Shown: positions 39,703 through 49,489 of the stretch, in pieces | How positions within the stretch are numbered: the first letter of the stretch is position 1 | Layout: each line of letters starts with the position of its first letter | DNA from: an uncultured Actinomycetota bacterium | GTDB lineage: Bacteria; Actinomycetota; Actinomycetes; JAHEKZ01 | Direction of reading: 5' to 3' | Length of the DNA: 64,000 nt | Assembly: GCA_963718235.1 (NCBI GenBank) | Contig: CAVQYR010000001.1 | Coordinates: 1,472,001 to 1,536,000 of the forward strand | Translations under genes and position numbers: made by a program | Notes under the pieces: model-generated | Database searches by the model: none | What the model was told of the DNA's origin: nothing | What the model saw: the letters and a program-made list of their open reading frames with translations, nothing else

Positions 39703-40251
39703 ATGTCTGCCTCGGAGGTCCGGGTGGCCGCCCCAGGTGACTCCCGGTCGCTCGCCACCATCAAGGTGGCCGGCTGGCGCGCGGCGTACCGCGGGCTGCT
39801 GCCCGACTCGGTCCTGGACGGCCTCGACGTCGACCGGACCACCGACCTCTGGGCCACGTCGATCGGATCGCTGACCGCGCCCTCTGGCTGTCTGGTGGTG
39901 CTCGATCGTGACGTCGTCGCCGGGTACGCAGCGTTCGGTCCCTACCGCTGGGAGGAGCCGGACGACCCGATGCTGAGGCAGGCGGGGGAGATCTACGCCT
40001 TCTACGTCGACCCGGGCCGTTGGGGACGCGGTCTGGGCCGCAGGCTCATGACCGCCACCCAGGAGCGCCTGGAGGACGCAGGACTGGACGACCAGGCCCT
40101 GTGGGTGCTCGAGACCAACCAGGCGGGCCGGCGCTTCTACGAGGCCCTGGGCTGGTCCTGGGACGGTGCTCGCGGCGACCGGTGCGAGCTGGACGACGCA
40201 CCCGAGGTCCGCTACCGCAACGCGCGGTCCGGCCCGACAGCGCCGACCTGA
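39703..40251 (+). CDS. GNAT family N-acetyltransferase
   Basis: YVDP-RWGRGLG, WVLETN--GRRFYE-LGW. Confidence 0.88.
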   Translation: MSASEVRVAAPGDSRSLATIKVAGWRAAYRGLLPDSVLDGLDVDRTTDLWATSIGSLTAPSGCLVVLDRDVVAGYAAFGPYRWEEPDDPMLRQAGEIYAFYVDPGRWGRGLGRRLMTATQERLEDAGLDDQALWVLETNQAGRRFYEALGWSWDGARGDRCELDDAPEVRYRNARSGPTAPT

Positions 40252-40275
40252 GGGTCCCGCTGACCGGCCCTCAGG
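40247..40275. terminator. Hairpin between convergent GNAT and qcrB genes
   Basis: CCTGAGGG...CCCTCAGG 8-bp stem. Confidence 0.5.
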
Positions 40276-40281
40276 CGCAGC

Positions 40282-41964
40282 TCAGCTGTCGTCGCCCCCA
40301 CGCGGCGCCAGGGCCTTGTCCCGGGAGTCGTCGATCTCATGGTCGTGCTCGGCCATCGCGTCGGCCTCGTGGTGCTGGGCGGCCTCGATCTCAGCGGGGG
40401 TCGGGGCCTGGATGTCGTCGCTGTAGTAGAAGTGCGACAGCTTCGACCGCAGGGCCTTGATCCGGTAGTGGGGGGTCCGGATCCCCTTCGCGTCGGTCTT
40501 GTCGGGCATCGGCAGCGGCTGGAGCCCCTTGCGGCTCTCCAGGACCGACTGCTCGTCGCGACTGATCGGCTGGTGCACCTCGTAGTACTCACCGCTGGGC
40601 AGGCGCTTGACGACTCCGGACTCGTACCCGTGCAGCAGCTTGTCTCGGTCGCGGCGCTGCAGGCCCAGGCAGATCCGTTTGGTGGCGAGGTAGACCAAGG
40701 GTGGCACGACGAAGATGGCGATCCGGAAGAACCAGGTGATCGCGTTGACGTTGAGGGCGAAGACGTTGGCGATGATGTCGTTGCCACCCTCGACCCACAG
40801 CATCAGGTAGAAGCTCAGCGCCATCGCACCGAGCGCGGTTCTCGTGGGTGCGTTGCGCGGGCGGTCGAGCAGATGGTGGTACCGGCGGTCGCCGGTAGCC
40901 CACTGCTCGATCCACGGGTAGAGCGCCATGACCGTGAAGATGATCCCGGGCAGGATCAGCGCGGGGAACAAGATGTTCAGGCTGATCGTGTTGCCGAAGA
41001 AGGGGATCTCCCAGTTGGGCATGAGCCGCAGCCCACCCTCGAGCCAACCGATGTACCAGTCGGGCTGGGAGCCGGCCGTCACCTGGTCGGGAACGTACGG
41101 GCCATACACCCAGATCGGGTTGATCTGGAAGAGACCGCCCATCAGCGCGGTGACGCCGAAGACGACGAAGAAGAAGCCGCCGGCCTTGGCGGTGTACACG
41201 GGGAACAGCGGGAAGCCGACCACATTGCGCTCGGTGCGACCCGGCCCGGGGAACTGGGTGTGCTTCTGGTACCAGACGAGCATCAGGTGCACGGTGATCA
41301 AGGCCAGGATGATCCCGGGTACCAGGAGCACGTGGACGGTGTAGAGGCGGGCGATGAAGTCGTTTCCGGGGAACTCGCCGCCGAACACGAGGAACGACAG
41401 CCAGGTTCCGACCAGTGGGATGGAGAGCATGATGCCCTCCGCGATCCGCAGTCCGGTGCCGGAGAGCAGGTCGTCGGGGAGTGAGTACCCGGCGAAGCCC
41501 TCGAGCAGGGCCAGGGTCAGCAGGCCGACGCCGATGACCCAGTTGATCTCGCGCGGCTTGCGGAACGCACCGGTGAAGAACACCCGCAGCAGGTGGACCG
41601 AGATCGCACCCACGAAGAACAGAGCGGCCCAGTGGTGGATCTGCCTCATGAGCAGTCCGCCCTGGACGTCGAAGCTGATGTCCAGGGTGGTGGCGTAGGC
41701 CTCGGACATGGCCACACCGTTGAGCGGCAGGAAGCTGCCGTCGTAGATGACCTCAACCATCGAGGGCTTGAACCACAGCGACAGGAACGTCCCTGACAAC
41801 AGCAGGATGATGAAGCTGTACAGGGCGATCTCGCCCAGCATGAACGACCAGTGGTCGGGGAAGACCTTGCGCAGGTTCTTCTTCAGGAAGACCGACGAGG
41901 AGACCCGGTCGTCGACCCATCCGTAGAGCGCCCCACCGACGCCGCCCGGCTTGCTCGTACTCAT
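40282..41964 (-). CDS. qcrB: Cytochrome bc1 cytochrome b subunit
   Basis: VFPDHWSFMLGE, RQIHHWAA, QPDWY. Confidence 0.97.
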   Translation of the reverse strand: MSTSKPGGVGGALYGWVDDRVSSSVFLKKNLRKVFPDHWSFMLGEIALYSFIILLLSGTFLSLWFKPSMVEVIYDGSFLPLNGVAMSEAYATTLDISFDVQGGLLMRQIHHWAALFFVGAISVHLLRVFFTGAFRKPREINWVIGVGLLTLALLEGFAGYSLPDDLLSGTGLRIAEGIMLSIPLVGTWLSFLVFGGEFPGNDFIARLYTVHVLLVPGIILALITVHLMLVWYQKHTQFPGPGRTERNVVGFPLFPVYTAKAGGFFFVVFGVTALMGGLFQINPIWVYGPYVPDQVTAGSQPDWYIGWLEGGLRLMPNWEIPFFGNTISLNILFPALILPGIIFTVMALYPWIEQWATGDRRYHHLLDRPRNAPTRTALGAMALSFYLMLWVEGGNDIIANVFALNVNAITWFFRIAIFVVPPLVYLATKRICLGLQRRDRDKLLHGYESGVVKRLPSGEYYEVHQPISRDEQSVLESRKGLQPLPMPDKTDAKGIRTPHYRIKALRSKLSHFYYSDDIQAPTPAEIEAAQHHEADAMAEHDHEIDDSRDKALAPRGGDDS

Positions 41965-42986
41965 CCGCGCTCCCAGAAACTCGGCCCCACAGGAACTGCG
42001 AAGTCGCCCTGCGCGACCAAGTATCCGTCGTCATCCACGGTTATCGCGAGTTGAGGAAGGTTGCGGGCGGCCGGACCGAAGACCACCTCGGCGCTGTCGG
42101 CCAGGTCGAAGGTCGACTGGTGGCACGGGCAGAGGAGGTGGTGGGTCTGCTGCTCGTACAGGTTGATCGGGCAGCCCACGTGGGTGCAGATCTTGGAGAA
42201 GCACAGGATGCCTTCGTAGTCCCAGCCCTCGCCCTGCTGGGTCTTGATGTCCTCGGGGTCCATCCGGACCAGGATGACCGGTGCCTTGGCCAGCTCGTCG
42301 AGGGTCTTCTCCTCCTCGAGCACGAGGTCGATGCCCTCCGGTACAGCGGAGATCAAGGTGCCGATCGTCATGTCCTGGGGACGGATCGGCTGCTTGGTCT
42401 CCGCAATCAGGATCCGCATGCCCTCGGTCCACATCGTGTGGTAGAGCGTGTCCCCAGGGGCCGGACCGAGGTCGCGCAGCAGCACGATCGCGGGGAGGCC
42501 AGCCATGGCCAGCGCGGCGACCATCGTTCCGCCGATGAAGGGGCGGCGCAGGATCCCGCTCTCCTCCGTGCCGCTGCGGAACTCCTCCATCGTCACGTCG
42601 AGGGCCTCGGGCGGCGGGCCCTCCTTCTGACGCTCGGAGACGATCTCGACGTCGGGCATCAGCTTCTTGGCCCAGTGGATGGCCGCTGCCCCGATGGCGA
42701 ACAGCGCGACTCCCATGGCCAGACCGAGTGCCAGGTTCGCCGCAAGGGTCTCGCCGAACGGTGGGACCCGGATCAGCTCGTCCTTGGGGATCGCGAAGAA
42801 CGCCACGATGAACAGGAGGCTGCCTAACGCCGAGAGCAGGAAGAGCAGGCCGACCTGACGTTCGGCACGCTTGGCCGCGCGGGGGTCGACGTCGCTACGA
42901 CGAGGGCGGTGCTCGGGCATGGGAGACGCACCGGCCGGTACCGGGGCGTTGTCGGGTTCGTGGCCAGACGGGGGAGGAGTGCTCAC
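41961..42986 (-). CDS. qcrA: Cytochrome bc1 Rieske subunit
   Basis: CTHVGC...CPCHQS, three N-terminal TM segments. Confidence 0.97.
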   Translation of the reverse strand: MSTPPPSGHEPDNAPVPAGASPMPEHRPRRSDVDPRAAKRAERQVGLLFLLSALGSLLFIVAFFAIPKDELIRVPPFGETLAANLALGLAMGVALFAIGAAAIHWAKKLMPDVEIVSERQKEGPPPEALDVTMEEFRSGTEESGILRRPFIGGTMVAALAMAGLPAIVLLRDLGPAPGDTLYHTMWTEGMRILIAETKQPIRPQDMTIGTLISAVPEGIDLVLEEEKTLDELAKAPVILVRMDPEDIKTQQGEGWDYEGILCFSKICTHVGCPINLYEQQTHHLLCPCHQSTFDLADSAEVVFGPAARNLPQLAITVDDDGYLVAQGDFAVPVGPSFWERG

Positions 42987-43102
42987 CGGGTGTTGTCCTT
43001 GTCCGAGAGGTCGATCGACTCGACTGAGAGGGGCGTGGGGCCGGGGTGGCTGCCGAGCCGACTGAGGGGGCCGGTGAGGAGTGCCGGAGCTGACACGTCA
43101 GG

Positions 43103-43912
43103 TCACCGCGCCTTGACACCGATCCAGACCGCGGCGGCGATCAGGGCGCCGATGCCGACGATCCAGAAGAGGAGCCCCTCGGTGACCGGGCCGAGGCGAC
43201 CGAGGTCGATCCCGCCGGGGTTGGCTTGGTCCTGCAGGCTGTTCACGTAGGCCAGGATGGCCTGTTTGTCCTCGACCCGCAGCGTGGAGTTGGGGAACAC
43301 CGGCATGTTCTGCGGACCGGTGAGCATGGCCTCCCAGATGTGCTTGTCGGTGCTCTCGACCATCGACGGGGCGTACTTGCCGAAGGTCAGCGCACCGCCC
43401 TCGCCAGCGAAGTTGTGGCAGGACGAGCAGTTCGCCCGGAACAGGTTGCCGCCCAGGGCGAGGTCGGCGTCGCTGAAGTCAAGCTCCTCGGCAGTCGGGA
43501 TGGCCGGGCCTGGGGAGAACGAGGCCACGTAGGCGGCCAGGGCCTCGACCTCGGCGTCGGTGTAGATCACCGGCTTGGCCGGTGCCTGAGGACCAGGAGC
43601 GGCCAGCGGCATCCGCCCGGTCCCGACCTGGAAGTCGACTGAGGCAGCACCGACGCCGATCAGCGGTGGCCCGGCCACCGTGCCGTCGGGCTGCTGGGCG
43701 CCCTCGAGCCCGAGGCCGTGACAGGAGGAGCACCCCTCCAGGTACAGCTTCTTGCCCTGGTCCAGCACCGTGCTGGTGGCGTTGTGCGGTGACGCCTCGG
43801 CGCGTCCCGAGCCGGACACCAGGGCGTACAGGCCCCCGACGGCGAGCAGGCCGAGCAGCAGGACGACAGCCGTGGCGAAGGGGCTGCGGCGGCGGGCGAG
43901 CAGTGCGGTCAC
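43103..43912 (-). CDS. qcrC: Cytochrome bc1 diheme cytochrome c subunit
   Basis: Two CSSCH motifs. Confidence 0.97.
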   Translation of the reverse strand: MTALLARRRSPFATAVVLLLGLLAVGGLYALVSGSGRAEASPHNATSTVLDQGKKLYLEGCSSCHGLGLEGAQQPDGTVAGPPLIGVGAASVDFQVGTGRMPLAAPGPQAPAKPVIYTDAEVEALAAYVASFSPGPAIPTAEELDFSDADLALGGNLFRANCSSCHNFAGEGGALTFGKYAPSMVESTDKHIWEAMLTGPQNMPVFPNSTLRVEDKQAILAYVNSLQDQANPGGIDLGRLGPVTEGLLFWIVGIGALIAAAVWIGVKAR

Positions 43913-43958
43913 GAGTGAGTCCCTGGTCGGTGGCTGCGGGTTCGGGGGTGCGCGGTGC

Positions 43959-44564
43959 CTACTGGAGGAAGTAGATGGTGAAGAACAGGGCGATCCAGAC
44001 GACGTCGACGAAGTGCCAGTAGTACGAGACGACGATGGCTCGCGTGGCCTGGTCGTGGTCGAAGCGCCGGGCGACGTAGGTGGTGGCCAGCACGAGCAGG
44101 AAGGCGACCAGCCCTCCGGTCACGTGCGCTGCGTGGAAGCCGGTCGTGAGGTAGAAGACCGAGCCGTACCCCGACGAGGACAGGGTCAGTCCCTCGTGGG
44201 TCAGCTCGGTGTACTCGAACACCTGACCGGACACGAAGAAGGCGCCCATCAGGTAGGTGATGATGAACCACTTGCGCAGGCCGCGGACGTCGCCCTTCTC
44301 TGCGGCGAACACCCCCAGCTGACAGGTGATCGACGACGAGACGAGGACGAGGGTGTTCACCGTCGCGAACACGACGTTGAGCCGCACGTCCTCCGGCGGC
44401 CAGTTGTCGGCGCCGGTGACCTGCCGCACCGTGAAGTACATCGCGAACAAGGCCGCGAAGAACATCAGCTCGGAGGACAGCCAGACGATGGTTCCGACGC
44501 TGACCAGGTTGGGACGGCTCGGGGCCGGAACGTGGGCGGTCGATGCCGCGGTTGCTGTCGCCAC
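43959..44564 (-). CDS. ctaE: Cytochrome c oxidase subunit III
   Basis: [26 protein letters not shown]; CATAAT -10 7 nt before GTG (alternative ATG at 44573). Confidence 0.95.
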   Translation of the reverse strand: MATATAASTAHVPAPSRPNLVSVGTIVWLSSELMFFAALFAMYFTVRQVTGADNWPPEDVRLNVVFATVNTLVLVSSSITCQLGVFAAEKGDVRGLRKWFIITYLMGAFFVSGQVFEYTELTHEGLTLSSSGYGSVFYLTTGFHAAHVTGGLVAFLLVLATTYVARRFDHDQATRAIVVSYYWHFVDVVWIALFFTIYFLQ

Positions 44565-44721
44565 GGGCGGCATTATGCCGAGGTCGGAGCGGGTTGGACC
44601 CCCCGACCCCCCGACTCGTTTCCCAGGGGTCTGTTCCGTGACCGGACCGTGACCTGGCTCGGCCGCCCGGTAGCCGGTGCCACGCTGCGCCGTCCCGGAC
44701 GAGCCCCGGTAGCATCGCGGC

Positions 44722-45198
44722 ATGTCTTCGGCGAGATCCAGGTCCGCGGCAACCCCCCAGCCGCCCGCTGGGGGTGGGTCGGACGAGCTGACGGTGCTCG
44801 TGTACAGCGACGACGCCACCACCCGGCAGCGGGTCCTGCTCGCGCTCGGCCGACGGGTCGCCGCCGACCTCCCGCCGCTGCAGTTCGTCGAGGTGGCCAC
44901 CGAGTCCGCCGTGCTGAAGCAGGTCCGCTCCGGCGACGTCGACCTCGTGATCCTCGACGGTGAGGCCACCCCGGTCGGTGGCATCGGGCTGTGCCGAACG
45001 CTCAAGGACGAGGTCTTCCAGGCTCCACCGGTGATGGTCGTCCTGGGTCGCCCGCAAGACGACTGGCTGGCCGCCTGGTCGCGCGCCGACGGGGTGGCGG
45101 CGCACCCGATCGACCCGGCCGCCCTGGCCGCGGCCACCGAGCGCCTGCTCCGCGCGTTCGTTCCCGTGGTCGGTGCCGACCTCGCCGTCCGCGGCTGA
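44722..45198 (+). CDS. Stand-alone atypical receiver-domain protein
   Basis: [29 protein letters not shown]; conserved between ctaE and trpD. Confidence 0.8.
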   Translation: MSSARSRSAATPQPPAGGGSDELTVLVYSDDATTRQRVLLALGRRVAADLPPLQFVEVATESAVLKQVRSGDVDLVILDGEATPVGGIGLCRTLKDEVFQAPPVMVVLGRPQDDWLAAWSRADGVAAHPIDPAALAAATERLLRAFVPVVGADLAVRG

Positions 45199-45250
45199 CG
45201 GCCCCTTCGCGCCCGTGGCCGATCACGCCACCACACCCGGCCACCCGGCG

Positions 45251-46318
45251 ATGACGACCCCCTCGACCAGCTGGCCCGACGTCCTGTCGGCGCTGCTGGC
45301 TGGGGAGTCGCTGGACGTCGACCAGACCGCCTGGGCCATGGACCAGGTCATGCGCGGGGACGCGACGCCGGCCCAGGTCGCCGGCTTCGTGGTCGCCCTG
45401 CGGGCCAAGGGCGAGACGGCCGAGGAGATGGCCGGGCTGGTTCGAGCGATGCTCGGGCACGCCCACCGGATCGAGGTCCCCGGACCCGTGGTCGACGTCG
45501 TCGGCACCGGAGGCGACCGAGCCCACACGGTCAACATCTCGACCATGGCGGCCCTGGTCGTGGCCGGCACGGGGGCCCGGGTCGTCAAGCACGGCAACCG
45601 GGCCGCGTCGTCGGCGTGCGGTGCGGCCGACGTGCTGGAGGAGCTCGGGCTGGTCCTGACGCTGACCCCGCAGCAGGTCGCCGACGTCGCGTCGCGGGCC
45701 GGGATCACGTTCTGCTTCGCGCAGGTCTTCCACCCGGCGATGCGCCATGCCGCAGCAGCTCGCCGCGAGCTGGGCGTGCCTACGGCGTTCAACTTCCTGG
45801 GTCCGCTGACGAACCCGGCCCAGCCGCAGGCCCAGGCGGTCGGCTGCGCCGATCCGCGGATGGCCCAGGTGATGGCGTCGGTCTTCGCCGACCGAGGGGT
45901 CTCGGCACTGGTCGTGCGCGGGGACGACGGCCTCGACGAGGTCACCGTCACCACGACGACCACGGTGCACGACGTGCGGGACGGCGTGGTCGAGACGCTG
46001 ACCCTCGACCCGCGTGAGCTCGGCCTCGCCTTCGCCGCGCCGGAGTCGCTGCGCGGTGGTGACCGGGCCTTCAACGCGGCCGTCGTCCGGGCGGTCGTCG
46101 AGGGGCGCGAGCACGGCCCGATCCGCGACGCCGTACTGCTGAACGCCGCGGCCGCCCTGGCGGCGTTGGCGCCGTCGGGCCAGCTCGTGCCACGGCTGGC
46201 CGGCGGCCTGGCCGCGGCGGCGCAGTCGATCGACTCGGGAGCCGCAGCCCGGTCGCTGCGTCACTGGGTGGCCACCACCCAGGCCCTCTCTGCTGCAGCG
46301 CACGATCAGCAAACCTGA
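45251..46318 (+). CDS. trpD: Anthranilate phosphoribosyltransferase
   Basis: [23 protein letters not shown]. Confidence 0.97.
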   Translation: MTTPSTSWPDVLSALLAGESLDVDQTAWAMDQVMRGDATPAQVAGFVVALRAKGETAEEMAGLVRAMLGHAHRIEVPGPVVDVVGTGGDRAHTVNISTMAALVVAGTGARVVKHGNRAASSACGAADVLEELGLVLTLTPQQVADVASRAGITFCFAQVFHPAMRHAAAARRELGVPTAFNFLGPLTNPAQPQAQAVGCADPRMAQVMASVFADRGVSALVVRGDDGLDEVTVTTTTTVHDVRDGVVETLTLDPRELGLAFAAPESLRGGDRAFNAAVVRAVVEGREHGPIRDAVLLNAAAALAALAPSGQLVPRLAGGLAAAAQSIDSGAAARSLRHWVATTQALSAAAHDQQT

Positions 46319-46347
46319 TCGTGCGCCGGAAGGAGGGGGAGCGGGGG

Positions 46348-46626
46348 TCAGGTGAGGCCGAGGGAGAAGGCTGCCTCGAGGTCGTGGCGGCTGTAGGCGC
46401 GGAAGGCCACGTGGGTCTCGGTCGAGACCACGCCGGCCACCGCGTTGACGTGCTCGGTGACCACGGTCGCGACGTCGTCGATGCTCGGTACCCGGACCAT
46501 CACCACGAGGTCGATCGTCCCCGTGACGCTGTAGACCTCGCTGACCCCGTCGAGGTCGGCCAGGGCCGCGGCAGCACTCGGTACGGCGTCGACCTGGGTC
46601 TTGACGAACACGATCGCGGTGATCAC
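46348..46626 (-). CDS. Lrp/AsnC ligand-binding domain protein
   Basis: GAAGGAG RBS; ITAIVFV...GVSEVYSVTG..DL...TETHVAF-AYS-HDLEAAF. Confidence 0.9.
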   Translation of the reverse strand: MITAIVFVKTQVDAVPSAAAALADLDGVSEVYSVTGTIDLVVMVRVPSIDDVATVVTEHVNAVAGVVSTETHVAFRAYSRHDLEAAFSLGLT

Positions 46627-46687
46627 TGAGGCTCCTTCGGGGCCGATGGCGAGCGGACCGACCCAGGTCATGCTGGCACTGCCGCCC

Positions 46688-48445
46688 TCACTCGGGGAAG
46701 GGCACGACCGGACCCACGGGCGACCCGCTGAGCCTGGCCAGCGTGGCGCCGGCGCCCTTGGCCGGCGACGTCCACCGCCCGTCGACCTGGACCAGGCGCA
46801 CGCCCTCGCTGTCGAGCCAGCGCAGCACGCACTCGGTCTCCTCGGCGGTGGCCGCCGGGGTGGGCCCGGGCCCGGGCTCGGCGGTCTCACCCCCGGTGAC
46901 CAGCGCGTGGACCGTGGGCCACGGGTCGAGACCGCGCTCGACCGCGCCGGTGGCGCTCAACCGGCCGTGCCGCACGACGACGACGTGCCATCCCTGGTCG
47001 GGCGTGGGTCGGGCGGCGACGACCAGCGGCAGGCCGGTGAAGGCAGCCAGCCGCTGACCTCGCGCAGCCGCACGCAGGAAGGTCAGCATCCGGTCGCGGT
47101 GGGTGGCGGCGTCCTCGAACCGCTCGGCGGCCACGAGCGGCTGGATCCTCGCCGTGGTGGCGGTCACCACGGCGTCCGGGTCGAGCGTCATCGCGACCCG
47201 GACGGCCGCGACGTGCCGTGCGTAGGAGTCGACGCTCTCGCCCCCCTCGCACGGTGCGCCGCAGCGCCCCAACCCGGCCAGGAGGCATGCGCTGGTGACG
47301 GTACGAGGGGACAGCTTCGCGGTGCACTGGCGCAGCGGCACCGCCTCGTGCAGCGCTGCCGTGGCCTGCTCGGCGGCGCGGGCCGACCCGAACGGGCCCA
47401 GGTAGGTGGCGCCGTCGTCGCGAACCTGGCGCACGGTCGACAGCCGAGGGAAGGCCTCGACGGTGAGCTTGACGAAACAGACCTTCTCCGGGAACTTCGA
47501 GCGTCGGTTGTACGGCGGCTTGTGCTCGGCGATCAGCCGCAGCTCACGGACCTCGGCCTCCAGGGGCGTGGGGCACGGGATCGCGACGACCTCCTCGGCG
47601 GCGGCCACCATCTCGGCCATCCGCCGCCGTTGCTCGGCGGCGGTGAAGTACTGGCGCACCCGAGCCCGCAGGTCGACCGACTTGCCCACGTAGAGCACCC
47701 GACCGCGACCGTCGCGGAACAGGTAGACGCCGGGGACCGAAGGGATGCCCTCAGCCAGGTGCCGCTTGCGCCGCTGGGCCGGGTGGACCCGGGAAGAGAA
47801 GGTGCCCACCTCCTCCAGCGTGGTGACCCCGTGGCAGCCGAGCCGCTCGAAGAGCCCGTGCAGGACGTCGACCGTGGCGCGGGCGTCGTGCAGGGCGCGG
47901 TGGTCCGGCTCGCTCGTGGCCCGAAACAGCCGGGCCAGCGTGGACAGCTTGCAGTTGGGGGCCTCGTCGCGGGTCAGGGTGCGGCGGGCCAGGCGCGCCG
48001 TGTCGACGACGTCGAAGCGCGGCCAGGGGAGCTCCAGCTGCTCGGCTGCCGCCCGCAGGAAGCCGACGTCGAACGGCGCGTTGTGGGCGACGAGCACGGC
48101 TCCGCGCGCGAACTCCAGGAACGCGGGGAGCACGCTGGCGATCCGCGGCGCTGCGGCGACCATGGAGTCGGTGATCCCGGTGAGCACCGCGATGAACGCG
48201 GGGATCGACTCACCGGGGTTGACCAGGGTCTGGAACTCACCGATCACCTCACCCCCACGGACTTTCACCGCGCCGATCTCGGTGATGCCGCACGAGGCGG
48301 GGGACCCGCCCGTGGTCTCCAGGTCGACGACCACGAACGTCACCTCGAGCAGCGGCGTGCCCACGTCGTCGAAGGAGGTCTGCACCCCGCGGGGAACCGG
48401 GGCGGGCCCGCTGACCGGGGCGGGGTGGGACTCCACGGCGGTCAT
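46688..48445 (-). CDS. DEDDh exonuclease-GIY-YIG (UvrC-like) fusion, Rv2191-like
   Basis: VVDLETTG, HNAPFD, HRALHDA, PGVYLF, YVGKS, PPYN. Confidence 0.92.
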   Translation of the reverse strand: MTAVESHPAPVSGPAPVPRGVQTSFDDVGTPLLEVTFVVVDLETTGGSPASCGITEIGAVKVRGGEVIGEFQTLVNPGESIPAFIAVLTGITDSMVAAAPRIASVLPAFLEFARGAVLVAHNAPFDVGFLRAAAEQLELPWPRFDVVDTARLARRTLTRDEAPNCKLSTLARLFRATSEPDHRALHDARATVDVLHGLFERLGCHGVTTLEEVGTFSSRVHPAQRRKRHLAEGIPSVPGVYLFRDGRGRVLYVGKSVDLRARVRQYFTAAEQRRRMAEMVAAAEEVVAIPCPTPLEAEVRELRLIAEHKPPYNRRSKFPEKVCFVKLTVEAFPRLSTVRQVRDDGATYLGPFGSARAAEQATAALHEAVPLRQCTAKLSPRTVTSACLLAGLGRCGAPCEGGESVDSYARHVAAVRVAMTLDPDAVVTATTARIQPLVAAERFEDAATHRDRMLTFLRAAARGQRLAAFTGLPLVVAARPTPDQGWHVVVVRHGRLSATGAVERGLDPWPTVHALVTGGETAEPGPGPTPAATAEETECVLRWLDSEGVRLVQVDGRWTSPAKGAGATLARLSGSPVGPVVPFPE

Positions 48446-48452
48446 GGCCTCG

Positions 48453-48474
48453 ACGGTAGGGGCCGGGTCCGACA
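48453..48474 (-). promoter_or_regulatory. PafBC/RecA-NDp-type promoter
   Basis: TGTCGG-acccggcccc-TACCGT, 7 nt before the exonuclease ATG. Confidence 0.8.
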
Positions 48475-48562
48475 GCCCGGGCCCGCCGCGCCGCAGGCAC
48501 CTCGGTGGCGCCCCGGTGGCGCCTCCGGCCGGGCGGTCGACCACCTCGGTAGCCTCACTGCC

Positions 48563-48872
48563 GTGACCGACTCACCCGACGCGGCACCTCAACCCCTCCC
48601 CCGACCGCCCCGACCGACTCCAGGAACCCGCTGGCGCTGCGCTGCGTGCGGCAACCTCACCCGGTTCGACGTCGTCCGCAGCAGCCGGGTGCGGGAGTAC
48701 TGGCACCTGGACCTGTCCGGCGAGCCGACCATCGAGGAGTCCACCGCGCTGGAGGAGTCGGTCGAGGAGGTGACGCTGCCGGTGGTGCGGCGGTGTCGAC
48801 ACGGTCGAGCTGGTCGCGCGCCCGCAGGCCGATCACCCGGTGGGCCCGGGGAGTGTCGGACCCTCCGCCTAG
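48563..48872 (+). CDS. Small zinc-ribbon protein, frameshifted near 48775
   Basis: RWRCAACGNLTRFDV...DLSGE; after a one-base shift it reads CRWCG...VELVARP; TAGCCT -10 before GTG. Confidence 0.75.
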
Positions 48873-48875
48873 CGT
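48854..48875 (+). promoter_or_regulatory. PafBC/RecA-NDp-type promoter
   Basis: TGTCGG-accctccgcc-TAGCGT upstream of the ORF at 48926. Confidence 0.65.
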
Positions 48876-48925
48876 CGCGTCCGCACGAGTGGTGGTGGTC
48901 ACCACGCCAGTGACGGAGGCCTTCC

Positions 48926-49243
48926 ATGATCATCGACTGCGCGACCTGCCCGGTCCGGGGCAGCGGCTGCTCCGACTGCGTCGTCGCAGCTGTGCTCCAG
49001 CTGCCCGCGCTCCCCTCCGGGCCACCGGTCCGCACCGGACCGGCCGGCGTCGACGAGCTGCTCGTCCGGGGCGCCGGGCTGCCGGTCGAGGGGGCCTGGC
49101 TGGACGCCGAGGAACGGCGGGCGCTGACCGTCCTCGTCCGGGCCGGGATCGTCCCGGCGATGACGCTGCACGCCGTCCCGGGCGCCCAGGACATGGTCGG
49201 TGTGACCGACGACACACCCCCGCCCAGTCGGCGGGCTGTTTGA
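48926..49243 (+). CDS. Small Cys-rich hypothetical protein
   Basis: GGAGG RBS; MIIDCATCPVRGSGCSDCVV...LDAEERRAL-VL-RAGIVP. Confidence 0.8.
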   Translation: MIIDCATCPVRGSGCSDCVVAAVLQLPALPSGPPVRTGPAGVDELLVRGAGLPVEGAWLDAEERRALTVLVRAGIVPAMTLHAVPGAQDMVGVTDDTPPPSRRAV

Positions 49244-49320
49244 GTTCGTTGCCCGAACGTTACTAAGGTGACCCCCGGGTCATCGTTCGTTGGTCGTTCG
49301 TTCAGAACGGTCACGGTGGC

Positions 49321-49465
49321 CCCCGCCTAGTCCGGTCGAACCCCTGAGGGTCCGTCCGGAGCCGGGGACCCAGGTCCCAGGGGCGAATCGGTTGGCGCCG
49401 GCACCTGCGGCGGCGACCGTAGGGCGCTTCCCCGCCCGAGCCCGTCAGCTCACCCGGTACGCGGT
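49321..49465 (+). ncRNA. c-di-AMP (ydaO/yuaA) riboswitch
   Basis: CCGCCUAGUCC...GGAGCCGGGGACCCA...GGGGCGAAUC...GUAGGG...CCCGAGCCCGUCAGCUCACCCGGUACGCGG; upstream of a cell-wall hydrolase. Confidence 0.88.
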
Positions 49466-49489
49466 TGAGGGAGAAGGAGAGCCGCCTTC

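Noticed and set aside
42987-43102. Unusually long qcrC-qcrA gap with a CTCAGTCG duplication
   Set aside because: No convincing ORF or stable structure could be supported
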